Positions 33,578-45,628 of a stretch of DNA of 64,000 nucleotides are shown here, piece after piece. This DNA comes from Zygnema circumcarinatum SAG 698-1b (Eukaryota > Plantae > Zygnematophyceae): the NCBI GenBank assembly GCA_037447605.1, contig CM074818.1, forward strand, positions 689,422 to 753,421, given 5' to 3'. The notes below the pieces were generated by a model. It saw only the letters and a program-made list of their open reading frames with translations, was not told the DNA's origin and searched no databases. Position 1 is the first letter of the stretch. The number at the start of each line of letters is the position of its first letter. The translations under genes and the position numbers were made by a program.

Positions 33578-36452
33578 TAATTTCTGAGAGAGAGACCATC
33601 ATATGGTGGAGGTCAGATTGTCGAGAACGGAGCTCAGCACGAACGTGATTCCACCCACCTGCTCTCCCACCCTCCCTTAAAAGATATGAGATACCACGCC
33701 ATATCTCTCCTCCCTCCCTTCCCTCCCTCCCTCCCCCCTCCCTCCCTCCCTCCCTCCCTCCCTCCCTCCCCCCTCCCTCCCCTCCCTCCCCTCCCCTCCC
33801 CTCCCCTCCCCTCCCTCCCCTCCCCTCCCTCCCTCCCCCTCCCCTCCCTCCCTCCCTCCCCCTCCCTCCCTCCCTCCCCTACCTCCCCTCCCTCCCTCCC
33901 TCCCCCTCCCTCCCCTCCCTCCCCTCCTCCCTCCTCCTCCCCTCTCCCTCCCTCCCCTCCATCCCTCCCTCCCCTCCCTCCCTCCCTCCCTCCCTCCCTC
34001 CCTCCCTCCCCTCCCCTCCCCCTCCCTCCCCTCCCTCCCTCTCTCCTCCCCTCCCCTCCCTCCTCCGTCCCCTCCCTCCCTCCCCTCCCCTCCCCTCCCT
34101 CCTCTCTCCCTCCCCTCCCTCCCTCCCTCCCTCCCTCCCTCCCATCCCTCCCCTCCCCTCCCCCTCCCCTCTCTCCCCCTCCCTCCCTCCCTCCCATCCC
34201 TCCTCCCTCCCCCTCCCTTCCTCCCTCTCTCCCTCCCTCCCCCTCCCTCCCTCCTTCCCTCCCTCCCATCCCTCCCCTCCCTCCCTCCCCTCCCTCCCCT
34301 CCCCTCCCCTCTCCCCCTCCCTCCCTCCCTCCCCCTCCCTCCCTCCCATCCCTCCCTCCTCCCTCCCTCCTCCCTCCCTCCCTCCCCCCTCCCTCCCTCC
34401 CTCCCCTCCCTCCACGTCCCCTTCCCTCCCTCCCCTCCCTCCCCTCCTCCCCTCCCTCCCTCCCTCCCTCCCCTCCCTCCCCTCCCTCCCTCCCCCTCCC
34501 TCCCTCCCTCCCCTCCCTCCCTCCCCTCCCCTCCCCTCCCCTCCCCTCCCTCCCTCCCCTTCCCTCTCTCCCTCCCTCCCTCCTCCCTCCCCTCCCTCCC
34601 TCCCTCCCTCCCTCTCCCTCCCTCCCTCCCTCCCTCCCTCCCCTCCCTCCCTCCCCTCCCCTCCCTTCCTCCCCTCCCTCCCTCCCTCCCCTCCCTCCCT
34701 CCCTCCCTCCTCCCTCCCTCCCCTCCCCTCCCTCCTCCCTCCCTCCCCTCCCTCCTCCCCTCCCTCCCTCCCCTCCCTCCCCTCCCTCCCTCCCCTCCCT
34801 CCCCTCCTCCCCTCCCCTCCCCTCCCTCCTCCCTCCCTCCCTCACCATCCACATGAGACGTCGCGGCGATCGCGTGGTGATGGCGTCCGTGACGAGACGG
34901 AAGCCTTGGTGCGCGTCCACTATCTCCACAATGGTCATTGCGCCCAAAAGGAAGAACACCACTTCGGCCACTTCTGCCGACTGCTCGGTCAGCTCCGCTA
35001 CCGCCACCTCCGTCGAGGGAGCCTAGAATTTAAACCCAACCCAACACATTATCCAATAGATTAACAAACCTTCGAAGAAAGAAAAAAAAAAAAAAAAACG
35101 GAAAAAGAATTGCAAAAAGAACCATCTACATCGGTGGAACGGAGGCAGAGGATGAACGAACTATCTATGCATTTTGTTCGACGGAATTACGGAACGGGAG
35201 AGGCATGGAAACGTACGGCGAGGCTGCGAATGACCCACAGGGAGACGGCCATCAATAGCGCGACGCCGCTTTTGTTGAACGCGACGGATTCCTCGAAAAC
35301 GATTCCGAGATATCCGATGATGAACACGGCGACCATGGAAATGTCCTGTCACATGGAACGCCATCCTCCGTTCCGTTACTCCTCACGCAATACGGAACTA
35401 TGTCTCAGCATGCACTAGGGCCTAGGCCACTCTTATGCTAATATTCACAGCTTTAAATCAACATTGCGGATGCATATCAAATCGACTCATCGAATTCTTC
35501 TTTATTCATGTTTGATTTGTTTCTTTTCTCTCTTTTTAGCATAAATTTGCATAGTTTTGCATGTTTTTTGTTTGGTTTTCACCTGATGTTGGGCCACCCA
35601 GTCGTGTTGAAGAATGGCGGTGCCCACAGAGAGAGCGGCCCCAATGCTGATGGCTTTGACCAAGTCTGACTTCGTCTGAGAGGCATCCTCGTAGTCTTCA
35701 GAGCTCAGCTCGTCCACTGAACACAGAGGGTCGCACGTGCCGCTCGGGGACTCCAAAGGGGAGAGGTCCTCGGACCACTGCGAGGGGGACACGTGGCGGC
35801 ACATGGTTGGAGGAGGAGGGAGGGGAGGGGAGGGGGGACACGTGGCGGTAGATGGTTGGAGGAGGGAGGGGAGGGGAGGGGGGGAGGGGAATACGTGGCG
35901 GTACATGGTTAGAGGAGGGAGGGGAGGGAAGGGGAGGGGGGACACGTGGCAATGGTTGGTTGGAGGAGGGAGGGAAGGGGAGAGGGGACACGTGGGGGTA
36001 CATGGTTGGATGAGGAAGGGGAGGGGAGAGGGGACACGTGGCGGTACATGGTTGGAGGAGGGAGGGGAGGGGATGGGAGGGGGGGAAGGGGTGGAGAGTG
36101 ATAGAGAGGGGGGGACAGGGAGAGAGTGGGAGAAGGTGGGGAGAGAGAGAGGGGGGCGAGAGAGGGGGAGAAAGGGAGAGAGGTGGAGAGTGGAAGAGAG
36201 GCGGAGAGTGGGAGAGAGGGGGGAAGGGAGAGAGAAAGGTGGAGAGAGACAGCAGGGATAGGCGGAGAGGGAGAGAGTTAAGGGAGAGGGAGAGGGAGGT
36301 AGAGAGGGGGAACGGAAGTGGGTAGAGAGAGAGGGGGGAGAGGGAGGGAGAGACGGAGATGGAAAGAGGGAGAGGTGGAGAGAGAGGTGGAGAGAGAGGT
36401 GAATAGAGCGACGGAGGGGAGAAAGGGGGCATAGAGGGAGAGAGGGTGACAT
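33578..36452 (-). CDS. NHD1: NhaD/NHD1-type plastid Na+/H+ antiporter, 5' half, truncated by the gap
   Basis: Exons (minus): 35777-35583 ([12 protein letters not shown]...DWVAQHQ), 35345-35217 ([41 protein letters not shown]), 35022-34846 ([11 protein letters not shown]...[32 protein letters not shown]), 33658-33578 ([23 protein letters not shown], with an indel next to the gap). The start codon and first exon are uncertain; an open Ser/Pro/Leu-rich frame from ATG 36452 could be the transit peptide. Confidence 0.93.
33690..34845. repeat. About 1.15 kb (CCCT/CCCCT)n tract, G/A-rich on the NHD1 sense strand and starting at the donor
   Basis: Directly visible. Confidence 0.95.
35785..36065. repeat. 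Minisatellite, about 6 copies of 47-53 bp, GACACGTGGCGGTACATGGTTGGAGG...
   Basis: Units start near 35788, 35837, 35890, 35941, 35986 and 36033; most contain CACGTG. Confidence 0.85.
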
Positions 36453-37171
36453 GGAGGGAAAGAGAAACAGCGCTAGTGCGAGTAACTCGGCTTTCTTGTT
36501 TGAATATTGAATTATTTTTCTTATATTAATACATTATTCAATTGCGTCAATGTCAGAGAAAAGGTTCCTTTTCGTTTTTAAAAAATTAAAAGGTTGATGC
36601 ACAGGCTCGATGTTTAAACATAATTAAGTCAAACCCGTCATGTCACGTCATGTCACGCCACGCCCTGCGGTTCTCAGAGATTTGGATATTTTCTGACGCC
36701 CACTTTTTTTGGGGGGATTTTAGTGTTCTGAACCCTCGTTGGACATCTAGGATTTAGGGTTCAGTCCCACCCCTTTTTTTTTCTCCTTGTACAAAGTGGG
36801 TCACATTTGGGTTTCAGCTTGGAGCCGCTCTGTGCACGTTTTGGGCTTCAAAGGAATCATTTATAATTTTCCCTTTATCTTTTCTTTACATATCTGAAAC
36901 CATCATCAAGAAATAGAATACAATAAATTGTAATGAAATCAAATACAACGAAATTAAAGAGATCGAACCAAATGGGGTAGAAGTGAGCTGCACCTTCGCA
37001 TCCTCTCCCTCCACAGAAGCCTTCACCTCCCAGGTCCTCGCTCTCTGTCTCCCACTCTCTCTCCCTCTCCTTCTTCCACTCCCTCTTCCACTCTCGCACA
37101 CTCCCTCCCTCCCCCACCGAGCGCTCCCATTCGTCAATTGCACAATGCCAGCTGGACGTAAGTGGAGAAGA

Positions 37172-37619
37172 CACGTGGCAGATGTCTGGGAAACCCGGCA
37201 CGTGGCACTGCGTGAAGGGAGGGGAAGGGAGAGAGAGGACAGAGAGAGAGAGGATGTTGGCGTCATGGCTGACGTCATGGCTGGGGACTGAAGAGACAGG
37301 GGGGGATGGAGAGGAGGGTTCAGAAAGTTAGGGTTTCGCAACTTTAGGGTTTTGGGCTTTAGGGTTTGCCAGGGTTGAAGGACGGAATTAGGGTTTCAGG
37401 GTTTAGGGTTTAGGGGGGGAGGCGAGGAGGGCCCGCCACGTGGCGGGAGGCGGGTCGGCGGAGGAACAACAAGAGACCATTTTCTGTTTTTGCAGTCGGA
37501 ACTATCTTAAAATGGTAGAAAGCGAACCAGTTACGATTTGCCACGTGGACAATGTTTACACGTGGCAATCCTTCATTGGAGGAACCAGTGCGAACGGATT
37601 GCATGCAGGGTTCCACGTG
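37172..37619. promoter_or_regulatory. Cluster of six G-box (CACGTG) motifs, four ABRE-like (ACGTGGC), between divergent NHD1 and KEA
   Basis: CACGTG at 37172, 37199, 37437, 37542, 37559 and 37614. Function is inferred only. Confidence 0.4.
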
Positions 37620-37799
37620 GAACGGAACTCCTGTCTAGCTTTACGGGAAACGGTAGTTCTTTGAGAAAAATCGACCGTAGAACTCTAGCGGTTTTTCTTA
37701 TCGTATTTTGAACATGAAACGGACAGAATGTGGCATGTACGGACGTGATCTCATTGGGCATTTGATTGTACGAAAGGCGTTTCCATGTCCTTCAACCAG

Positions 37800-38030
37800 T
37801 ACGGGGCGTCAGACCACGAAATCTTACGAACGAAAAGGAGGTACTCTGCTGTAGTCAAATCAATTTATTATTGGAGTACTTGTTCTTATATGCGAGCAGG
37901 GGTGGGCAGAAGCACTCAAATTTCATCTGCATAAATTGGGTTTTTAGGGTTTTTAACCCTTTCTTTCTAAAATAAAATCTGCCCGGCGAAAAAAAGGCGT
38001 GTATCTAGACAAAAAAGGTGTGAAAATAGC
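37800..38030. mobile_element. Degenerate relics of the MITE (6409-6565) and of the foldback-1 TIR
   Basis: GGGGCGTCAGAC..AAATCTTACGAA..GTACTCTGCTGTAG..TGGAGTACTTGTTCT (37802-37886) and AAAATCTGCCCGGCGAAAA..TAGACAAAAAAGGTGTGAAAATAG (37974-38028). Confidence 0.65.
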
Positions 38031-39051
38031 AGTGTCGTATATATATGAAGGCCTTCGAAGGGAAGGCAGGGGCCCAGCCTATTTGCAACCACATACCACG
38101 GCTTTTGGACGCCCAAAAAGCATAGAGCCTGCCAAGATCCTCGCCATGGAGGGTCGCCACCCCATGTACGGCCTCAGCCTTCAGCGACCAGCGACTCATG
38201 GTTCCATGTTCATGTTGTATGGTGGAGGAACTCTTGTTGCACCCTTCTGAGTGGTTAGGTTTGTGAGTTGTCTCTGCGAATGTTGCAGTGATGTAAGCGT
38301 ATTGTCTTGTATGTGGCTGTTCCAAATGCCATGAGAGTGAGAGAGTGAGAGTACTTTGATCTATCCAAAGATCATCATTGTCAATAGAATCATTAGCTAT
38401 GTTCAGTACAAAGAACATGTGCCACATAGGCAGAACCGGAACTGGAACTGGAACTGGAACTGAGACATTAGGGGTTGCTTTGCACGAGGTCCATTTCTTT
38501 ATGTTGACTCCTCTCTCCTTTGTCCATGTACATGTGATTGCATCATCGCCATCGTGAGGTCAATGGCACTTCCTTTTTTCCTTCCTCTACGTTTGTGCAA
38601 GCATGCATGCATGACATTTTCGCCTAGAAATGAAAACATTTGAAACTTGTTTGGGCTGCATCCAAACCTTTCATGTTTTCCCTTTCCAGGTGGCCAAATG
38701 TTCCTTAGGAATGATCCGGTAAGGTATGGTACGTACGATGCGATATAATACGATACGCTACGATACGATACGACTGCTACGTACTGTTATGATGTTATCG
38801 ACAACGGACGATATGATACTGTCCGATACTCACTGTCCCACACTCGTTTTCCTCTCCCCCCTCTCCATGTCTCTCTCTCTCTACCTCTCTCTCTCCCTCT
38901 CTATCCCTCTCCCTCTCCCTCTCTCTCCTATCCACTACCCCACTCTCTCACCCTCTCTACCACCTCTCGCTTCCACACCTCTCTTTCACCTTCCTACCCT
39001 TTCCTGACACATCTCTCTCTCTAAGTAGGGTCGCCCCTCCTCCATGCGACC

Positions 39052-41430
39052 ATGGCGTCCAGATCCCACTCTCTCCGTCTCCTACCCCCTCCCTCCCTCC
39101 TCCTCTCCCTCCTCCTTCTCCTAACCCTAATTCCCCTCTCCCCTCTCTCCCCCTCTCTCGTCTCCGCCCAGGAGGACCCTCTCCTCCACCCTCCCTCCCC
39201 TCTCTTTCCCCCTCTCAACGCTTCGGAGAACGGCACAGCGGCGGATGGAGAGGTGCTCAAGGAGGGGAGTCTGGCGGAGATCATCGATCGAGTGCTGGAG
39301 AATGAGTTTCCGGACAAGGACCCCAATGCAGGTAGAGGGAGGAGAGAGGGAGAGAGGGGAGGGAGAGGGAGGGGAGAGGGAGGGAGGGGTGGGAGAGGGA
39401 GGGGAGGAAGAGGGAGGGGAGAGAGAGGGAGGGGTGGGAGAGGGAGGGGAGGGAGAGGGAGGGAAGANNNNNNNNNNTGGGAGAGGGAGGGGAGGGAGAG
39501 GGAGGGAAGAGGGAGGGAGGGGTGGGAGAGGGATGGGTGAGAGAGGGAGGGAGGGGAGGGAGAGAGAGGGGAGAGGGAGAAAGGGGTGGGAGAGGGAGGG
39601 CAGGGAGAAGGAGGGGAGAGGGAGGGAGGGGTAGGAGAGGGATGCAGAGGAGGGGATGGGGGAAAAGTGAGGGCGAGGGAGGGTGGGAGGGAGAGGAGAA
39701 ATTGGGGTGGGAGAGATGAGGGAGAGTTGGGATGGGCCAAGCGAAAGGGGGGGGAGGGGGACGGAGTTGGAGGGATGAAGGGAGAGGTGAGGGAGAGGGA
39801 AATAGGAGGGGAGAGGTGAGCGAGGGAAGGAGATGGAGATGGCCGGTAGAGGTGAGGGTGTCGCCGAATGGTAGGGAGAGGAGGAGAGGGAAGGGAGGAA
39901 AGAATTGGGGTAGAGGTGAGCGAGAGGAGGCAGGCGGGGGGAGGGGGAGGAGTGATCTGAGGGAGGGAGATGTCTGGTCCCTGTTCCCCCTTCTCTTTCT
40001 TCGCCCATCGCTCTCTCCCTGCAACAAACGTCGCTCTCGCTCCCCTCTCGTCTCTCTCACTCCCTGCGATAAACAAACTCTCTCTCGCTCGCCCCCCCCA
40101 CTCTCACTCCCTGCAAGAAATGGAATCCATTGTCGAACAAATTCTTGGTCCTCGCGTTCCCTTTTTTGTTTCGCAGTGGAGGAGGGAAGCAGTTTCAACA
40201 CAAGTGTGGCTGAGCAGCAGGTGGTTTTCTTGCAGCGATTCAATGAGCGATGTGATGAGCATAAGATTAAGCAAAAGCATTCAAGTTTTGGGGAAGGCTT
40301 TGGAAGCTTAAGTGGCTTTTACGGAATGTAAAATCCATTCATGACACTGAAAATTTCCTAAAGACCCTAAACTGTCTGAGAACCCTAAACTCACCTAAAC
40401 CTCCCTCGGACCTCCAGTGCCTCTAAAGACCCTAAAACCCATGGAAAGATTTAAAAAAGCTCAAATTTCCACATTTTTCTAATCTCTAGAATACCTCGAA
40501 AACCCAAAAGCTGTTTCCTGCATGACTGTTCAACAATTTTCATCCCAAACCACGTTCCATGCATGCTCTATATTGAAGCTCAATGAAACTCCAGTCCTCC
40601 TTCAATGTAAGAAACCCCTTTTTGAAAAGGAGGGCGGAGCAGGCGGTGCTTGAGACAGTCGCTCGCATCACACACGACAAGCCGCGCCCTTTGAACAGCT
40701 CCTCCAATGAGACGAAACAGGAGGAAAAGTGAGAGCTCTCTCGCTCCTCCCTCCCTCTACCTCCCTGTTCATCCTTTTGCGACTCTCCTCCCCTCCTCTA
40801 TCTCCCTGTCTCGCTGCTTCTCTCCGTTCTCGTTTCTCCCTCCCTCCCTCTCTCCCTCCCTGCCTCCCTCCCTCCCTCCCACTTTTCTCCGCCGATCTTC
40901 ATCCTCTCTCTCTCTCTCTCTCCCTTCTCTTTTGGCCTTTCCTAATACCTTATCCTCACACATCTCCCCCGCAGAAGTGAGACAGGGGCGCAGGAGGTCC
41001 CAATTCTGATTGACTCAAAGGTAGATTTCTCTCAAAGCTCTCATTGTTCCATGAGTTATGACTCAGAAGGCAGACAGTTACTCAGTTAAACTTTCAGTTC
41101 GTTATCAGTCCAGTTTAGCTCAGCCCAGTATACTTTTTTAAACTATCTCTAATATCGTAGAGGTTTATAGTTAAACTGAAGTTAACGATGAAAGAAAAAA
41201 TAGATTTGGCTAAGGAATGAAAGCCGAACTGATGCTTCAAATTTGTTATGGGAGGGGCTTTTCAGGACAATATGTTTGTTATGATGAACCCAAAACTGGG
41301 GAACATGGTCCTCCAACAAGACTTGCGGTGAGGAGGCTGCTTCCCCCCCAGGCTTGTCCTCTCTCTCTTTAGGTCGCACTTGAATGATGACAATGTCATC
41401 CCCCTCCCTCCTTCCCCCTCTCTCTCTCTT

Positions 41431-41487
<57 letters not shown>

Positions 41488-43821
41488 GTGCTTGTGATCA
41501 GTTCACCACGGTCTGTCTAACGCTTGCTTTGTTCACTGTTCCAAACAATAGGTTCAGTCTCCCATTAAACAATCAAGTCTGAATTGGAATTGGATGAAGG
41601 TGAATCTTTGTTTTTTTGAATTTTTTCTTTTTTCGTTTTCCTCCCCCTCCTTCATGCAGGCTGATTACGGATCTCGTTATCGCCATCGCCTCCGCTGCCA
41701 TTGGTGGAATCGCCTTCGCTTGCGCCGGACAGCCTGTAAGGGGCCAACATTTCTTGAAATCCTTAAAGCTGTAGAATCTTGAAACCCTAAAATTTCTATC
41801 AGAATCCCGCTCAGTTCCTATGTTGTATGTCCTTCCATCGTCACTCTCCAATTTTTCTATCGCTCTTTCTCTCTCTCGCCTCTCCTTTTTTCCCTCTCCC
41901 TCATTCCTTCTCCCCCCTCCCTCTCATTCGTTCCACTCTCTCCCTCCCTCCTTTTTCTCTCCCTCCCCTTTCCTCTCGCCCTCCCTCGTCCTTCTGTCCC
42001 TCTCCCTCTCCCTCCCCTTTCCCTCTCGCCTTCCCTCGTCCTTCTGCTTCTCTTCCTCTCCCTCTCGCCCTCCCTCGTCCTTCTGTCCCTCTCCCACTCC
42101 CTCTCCCTCTCCCTCTCTCTCCCCTTTCCCTCTCGCCTTCCCTCGTCCTTCTGCTTCTCTTCCTCTCCCTCTCCCTCTCCCTCTCCCTCCCGCCTTCCCT
42201 CGTCTTTCTGTCCCTCTTCTACTCCCTCTCCCTCTCCCTCTCCCTCTCCCTCTCCCTCTCTCTCCCCTTTCCCTCTCGCCTTCCCTCGTCCTTCTGCTTC
42301 TCGTTCTCTCCCTCTCCCTCTCCCTCTCCCTCTCGCCCTCCCTCATCCTTCTGTCCCACTCCCTCTCCCACTCCCTCGCTCCCAGAAGTTAAGCGGGGGC
42401 CCTTGACCGCAGGTCCTGACGGGGTACCTTCTGGCGGGCTCCCTGGTGGGTCCGGGCGGCCTCGACCTCATCAGCGAGCTCGTGCAGGTGCAAGAAATTA
42501 GGGTTTAGGGTTTAGGGTTTAGGGTCTACAGTGTAAGCTTTAGGGATTAGAGTTTAGGGCTTAGGGGTTAAGCTTTAAGGGTTAGGACTTAGGATTTAGG
42601 ATTTAGGGCATAGGGGTTAGGGTTTAGGTTAGGGTTTTAAGTTTTATTGGTTTCGACGAGCACAGTCATCACGCACATCTCATGGAAGCATAACTTTTGG
42701 GGGTCTGAGAAGGGCGACCAATTGCGCGCTGACACGTGTCCCGCGTGACAGGTCGAGACTTTGGCGCAGTTTGGAGTCCTCTTCCTCCTCTTCACTCTCG
42801 GAATGGACTTCTCCGCCAGCAAGGTGAGGCGACAGGGGGGGGAGAGAGGGAGGGAGAGGGGGGAGGGGAAGGGGAGAGGGAGGGAGAGGGGGGAGGGGAA
42901 GGGGAGAGGGAGGGAGGGAGAGAGGGAGGGAGAGGGGAGAGGGAAGGGGAGAGGGAGATAGGAAGTGTGGGAGGGAGGGGAAAGGGGAAGGGGAGAGGGT
43001 GAGTGGGAGAGAGGAGGGGGAGAGAGGAGGGAGAGGGGAGAGGGGAGAGGGAAGGGGAGAGGGAGGGAGAGGGGAGAGGGGAAGGCGAGAGGGAGAGAGA
43101 GAGGGAGGGAGAGGGGAGAGGGGAAGGGGAGAGGGAAGGAGGGAGAAAGGGAGGGTGAGGGGAGAGGGAAATGGGAGAGATCGGGAGGAAGACCTAAACC
43201 CTAAGCCCTATACCTTACACCGTAAACCCTAAACCCCAAACTGATACCATAAACCCTAACCCTAAACCCTAATGGGCCTCCCTCCGCAGCTCCGAGCAGT
43301 GCGCGGAGTGGCCATTGTGGGAGGCCTCCTCGAAATCGTGATTTTTGTGTGGCTCTGCGGTCTCGTGGCGCTGGTAAAACCCCAAATCTGCCCTTTCTCT
43401 ACGCGGAATTTTTTTTGTTTTCCTTAAGTGAACTTTAATGAAGGATTCACATGTAATTGTATTTTTTCGCTTAGGAACCCTAGAAGCATCCGTCCGTTTC
43501 AAACATCCTCAAGTGTTGGGCCTTTGACGTGACGTCAGTTTGGATTCTGAAGTGTTTAGGGTTAGGATTAGGGTTAGGATTAGGGTTAGGGGTAGGGTTT
43601 TGGAGATGTAGGGTTGGTTTTCCAAGCTATAGGGTTTTAAAATGAAATGTCTTAACGGGGGTTGTAATGTCTTCCGTTTCTATGTTGAACTGCATGTCAG
43701 CGTTTCCGTGTTTCCATGCGCCGCAGGCCTGTTCCGGCAGTGTAACGGAAGGCGTGTTTGTTGGAGCGTTGCTTTCCATGTCCTCAACTGCCGTGGTAAG
43801 GCGAGAGGGAGAAAGAGAGAG

Positions 43822-43855
<34 letters not shown>

Positions 43856-43896
43856 GGGGGAAGAGTGGGAGAGGCTGAGAGAGCGTGAGAGAGAGA

Positions 43897-43927
<31 letters not shown>

Positions 43928-45519
43928 NNNNNNNNNNCTCCCTCTCCCTCTCCCTCTCTCTCCCCTTTCCCTCTCGCCTTCCCTCGTCCTTCTGCTTCTC
44001 GTTCTCTCCCTCTCCCTCTCCCTCTCCCTCTCGCCCTCCCTCATCCTTCTGTCCCACTCCCTCTCCCACTCCCTCGCTCCCAGAAGTTAAGCGGGGGCCC
44101 TTGACCGCAGGTCCTGACGGGGTACCTTCTGGCGGGCTCCCTGGTGGGTCCGGGCGGCCTCGACCTCATCAGCGAGCTCGTGCAGGTGCAAGAAATTAGG
44201 GTTTAGGGTTTAGGGTTTAGGGTCTACAGTGTAAGCTTTAGGGATTAGAGTTTAGGGCTTAGGGGTTAAGCTTTAAGGGTTAGGACTTAGGATTTAGGAT
44301 TTAGGGCATAGGGGTTAGGGTTTAGGTTAGGGTTTTAAGTTTTATTGGTTTCGACGAGCACAGTCATCACGCACATCTCATGGAAGCATAACTTTTGGGG
44401 GTCTGAGAAGGGCGACCAATTGCGCGCTGACACGTGTCCCGCGTGACAGGTCGAGACTTTGGCGCAGTTTGGAGTCCTCTTCCTCCTCTTCACTCTCGGA
44501 ATGGACTTCTCCGCCAGCAAGGTGAGGCGACAGGGGGGGGAGAGAGGGAGGGAGAGGGGGGAGGGGAAGGGGAGAGGGAGGGAGAGGGGGGAGGGGAAGG
44601 GGAGAGGGAGGGAGGGAGAGAGGGAGGGAGAGGGGAGAGGGAAGGGGAGAGGGAGATAGGAAGTGTGGGAGGGAGGGGAAAGGGGAAGGGGAGAGGGTGA
44701 GTGGGAGAGAGGAGGGGGAGAGAGGAGGGAGAGGGGAGAGGGGAGAGGGAAGGGGAGAGGGAGGGAGAGGGGAGAGGGGAAGGCGAGAGGGAGAGAGAGA
44801 GGGAGGGAGAGGGGAGAGGGGAAGGGGAGAGGGAAGGAGGGAGAAAGGGAGGGTGAGGGGAGAGGGAAATGGGAGAGATCGGGAGGAAGACCTAAACCCT
44901 AAGCCCTATACCTTACACCGTAAACCCTAAACCCCAAACTGATACCATAAACCCTAACCCTAAACCCTAATGGGCCTCCCTCCGCAGCTCCGAGCAGTGC
45001 GCGGAGTGGCCATTGTGGGAGGCCTCCTCGAAATCGTGATTTTTGTGTGGCTCTGCGGTCTCGTGGCGCTGGTAAAACCCCAAATCTGCCCTTTCTCTAC
45101 GCGGAATTTTTTTTGTTTTCCTTAAGTGAACTTTAATGAAGGATTCACATGTAATTGTATTTTTTCGCTTAGGAACCCTAGAAGCATCCGTCCGTTTCAA
45201 ACATCCTCAAGTGTTGGGCCTTTGACGTGACGTCAGTTTGGATTCTGAAGTGTTTAGGGTTAGGATTAGGGTTAGGATTAGGGTTAGGGGTAGGGTTTTG
45301 GAGATGTAGGGTTGGTTTTCCAAGCTATAGGGTTTTAAAATGAAATGTCTTAACGGGGGTTGTAATGTCTTCCGTTTCTATGTTGAACTGCATGTCAGCG
45401 TTTCCGTGTTTCCATGCGCCGCAGGCCTGTTCCGGCAGTGTAACGGAAGGCGTGTTTGTTGGAGCGTTGCTTTCCATGTCCTCAACTGCCGTGGTAAGGC
45501 GAGAGGGAGAAAGAGAGAG

Positions 45520-45557
<38 letters not shown>

Positions 45558-45593
45558 AAGAGTGGGAGAGGCTGAGAGAGCGTGAGAGAGAGA

Positions 45594-45628
<35 letters not shown>

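Noticed and set aside
33634-35026. 391-457-aa Gly/Arg/Glu or Pro/Ser ORFs
   Set aside because: Only 35022-34846 is exon; the rest is a (CCCT)n intron.
42240-45625. Apparent tandem duplication of four KEA exons (possible mutually exclusive exons)
   Set aside because: The copies look identical through introns and meet at a 10-N gap, as expected for unmerged overlapping contig ends. Read depth near half over both copies would confirm this.
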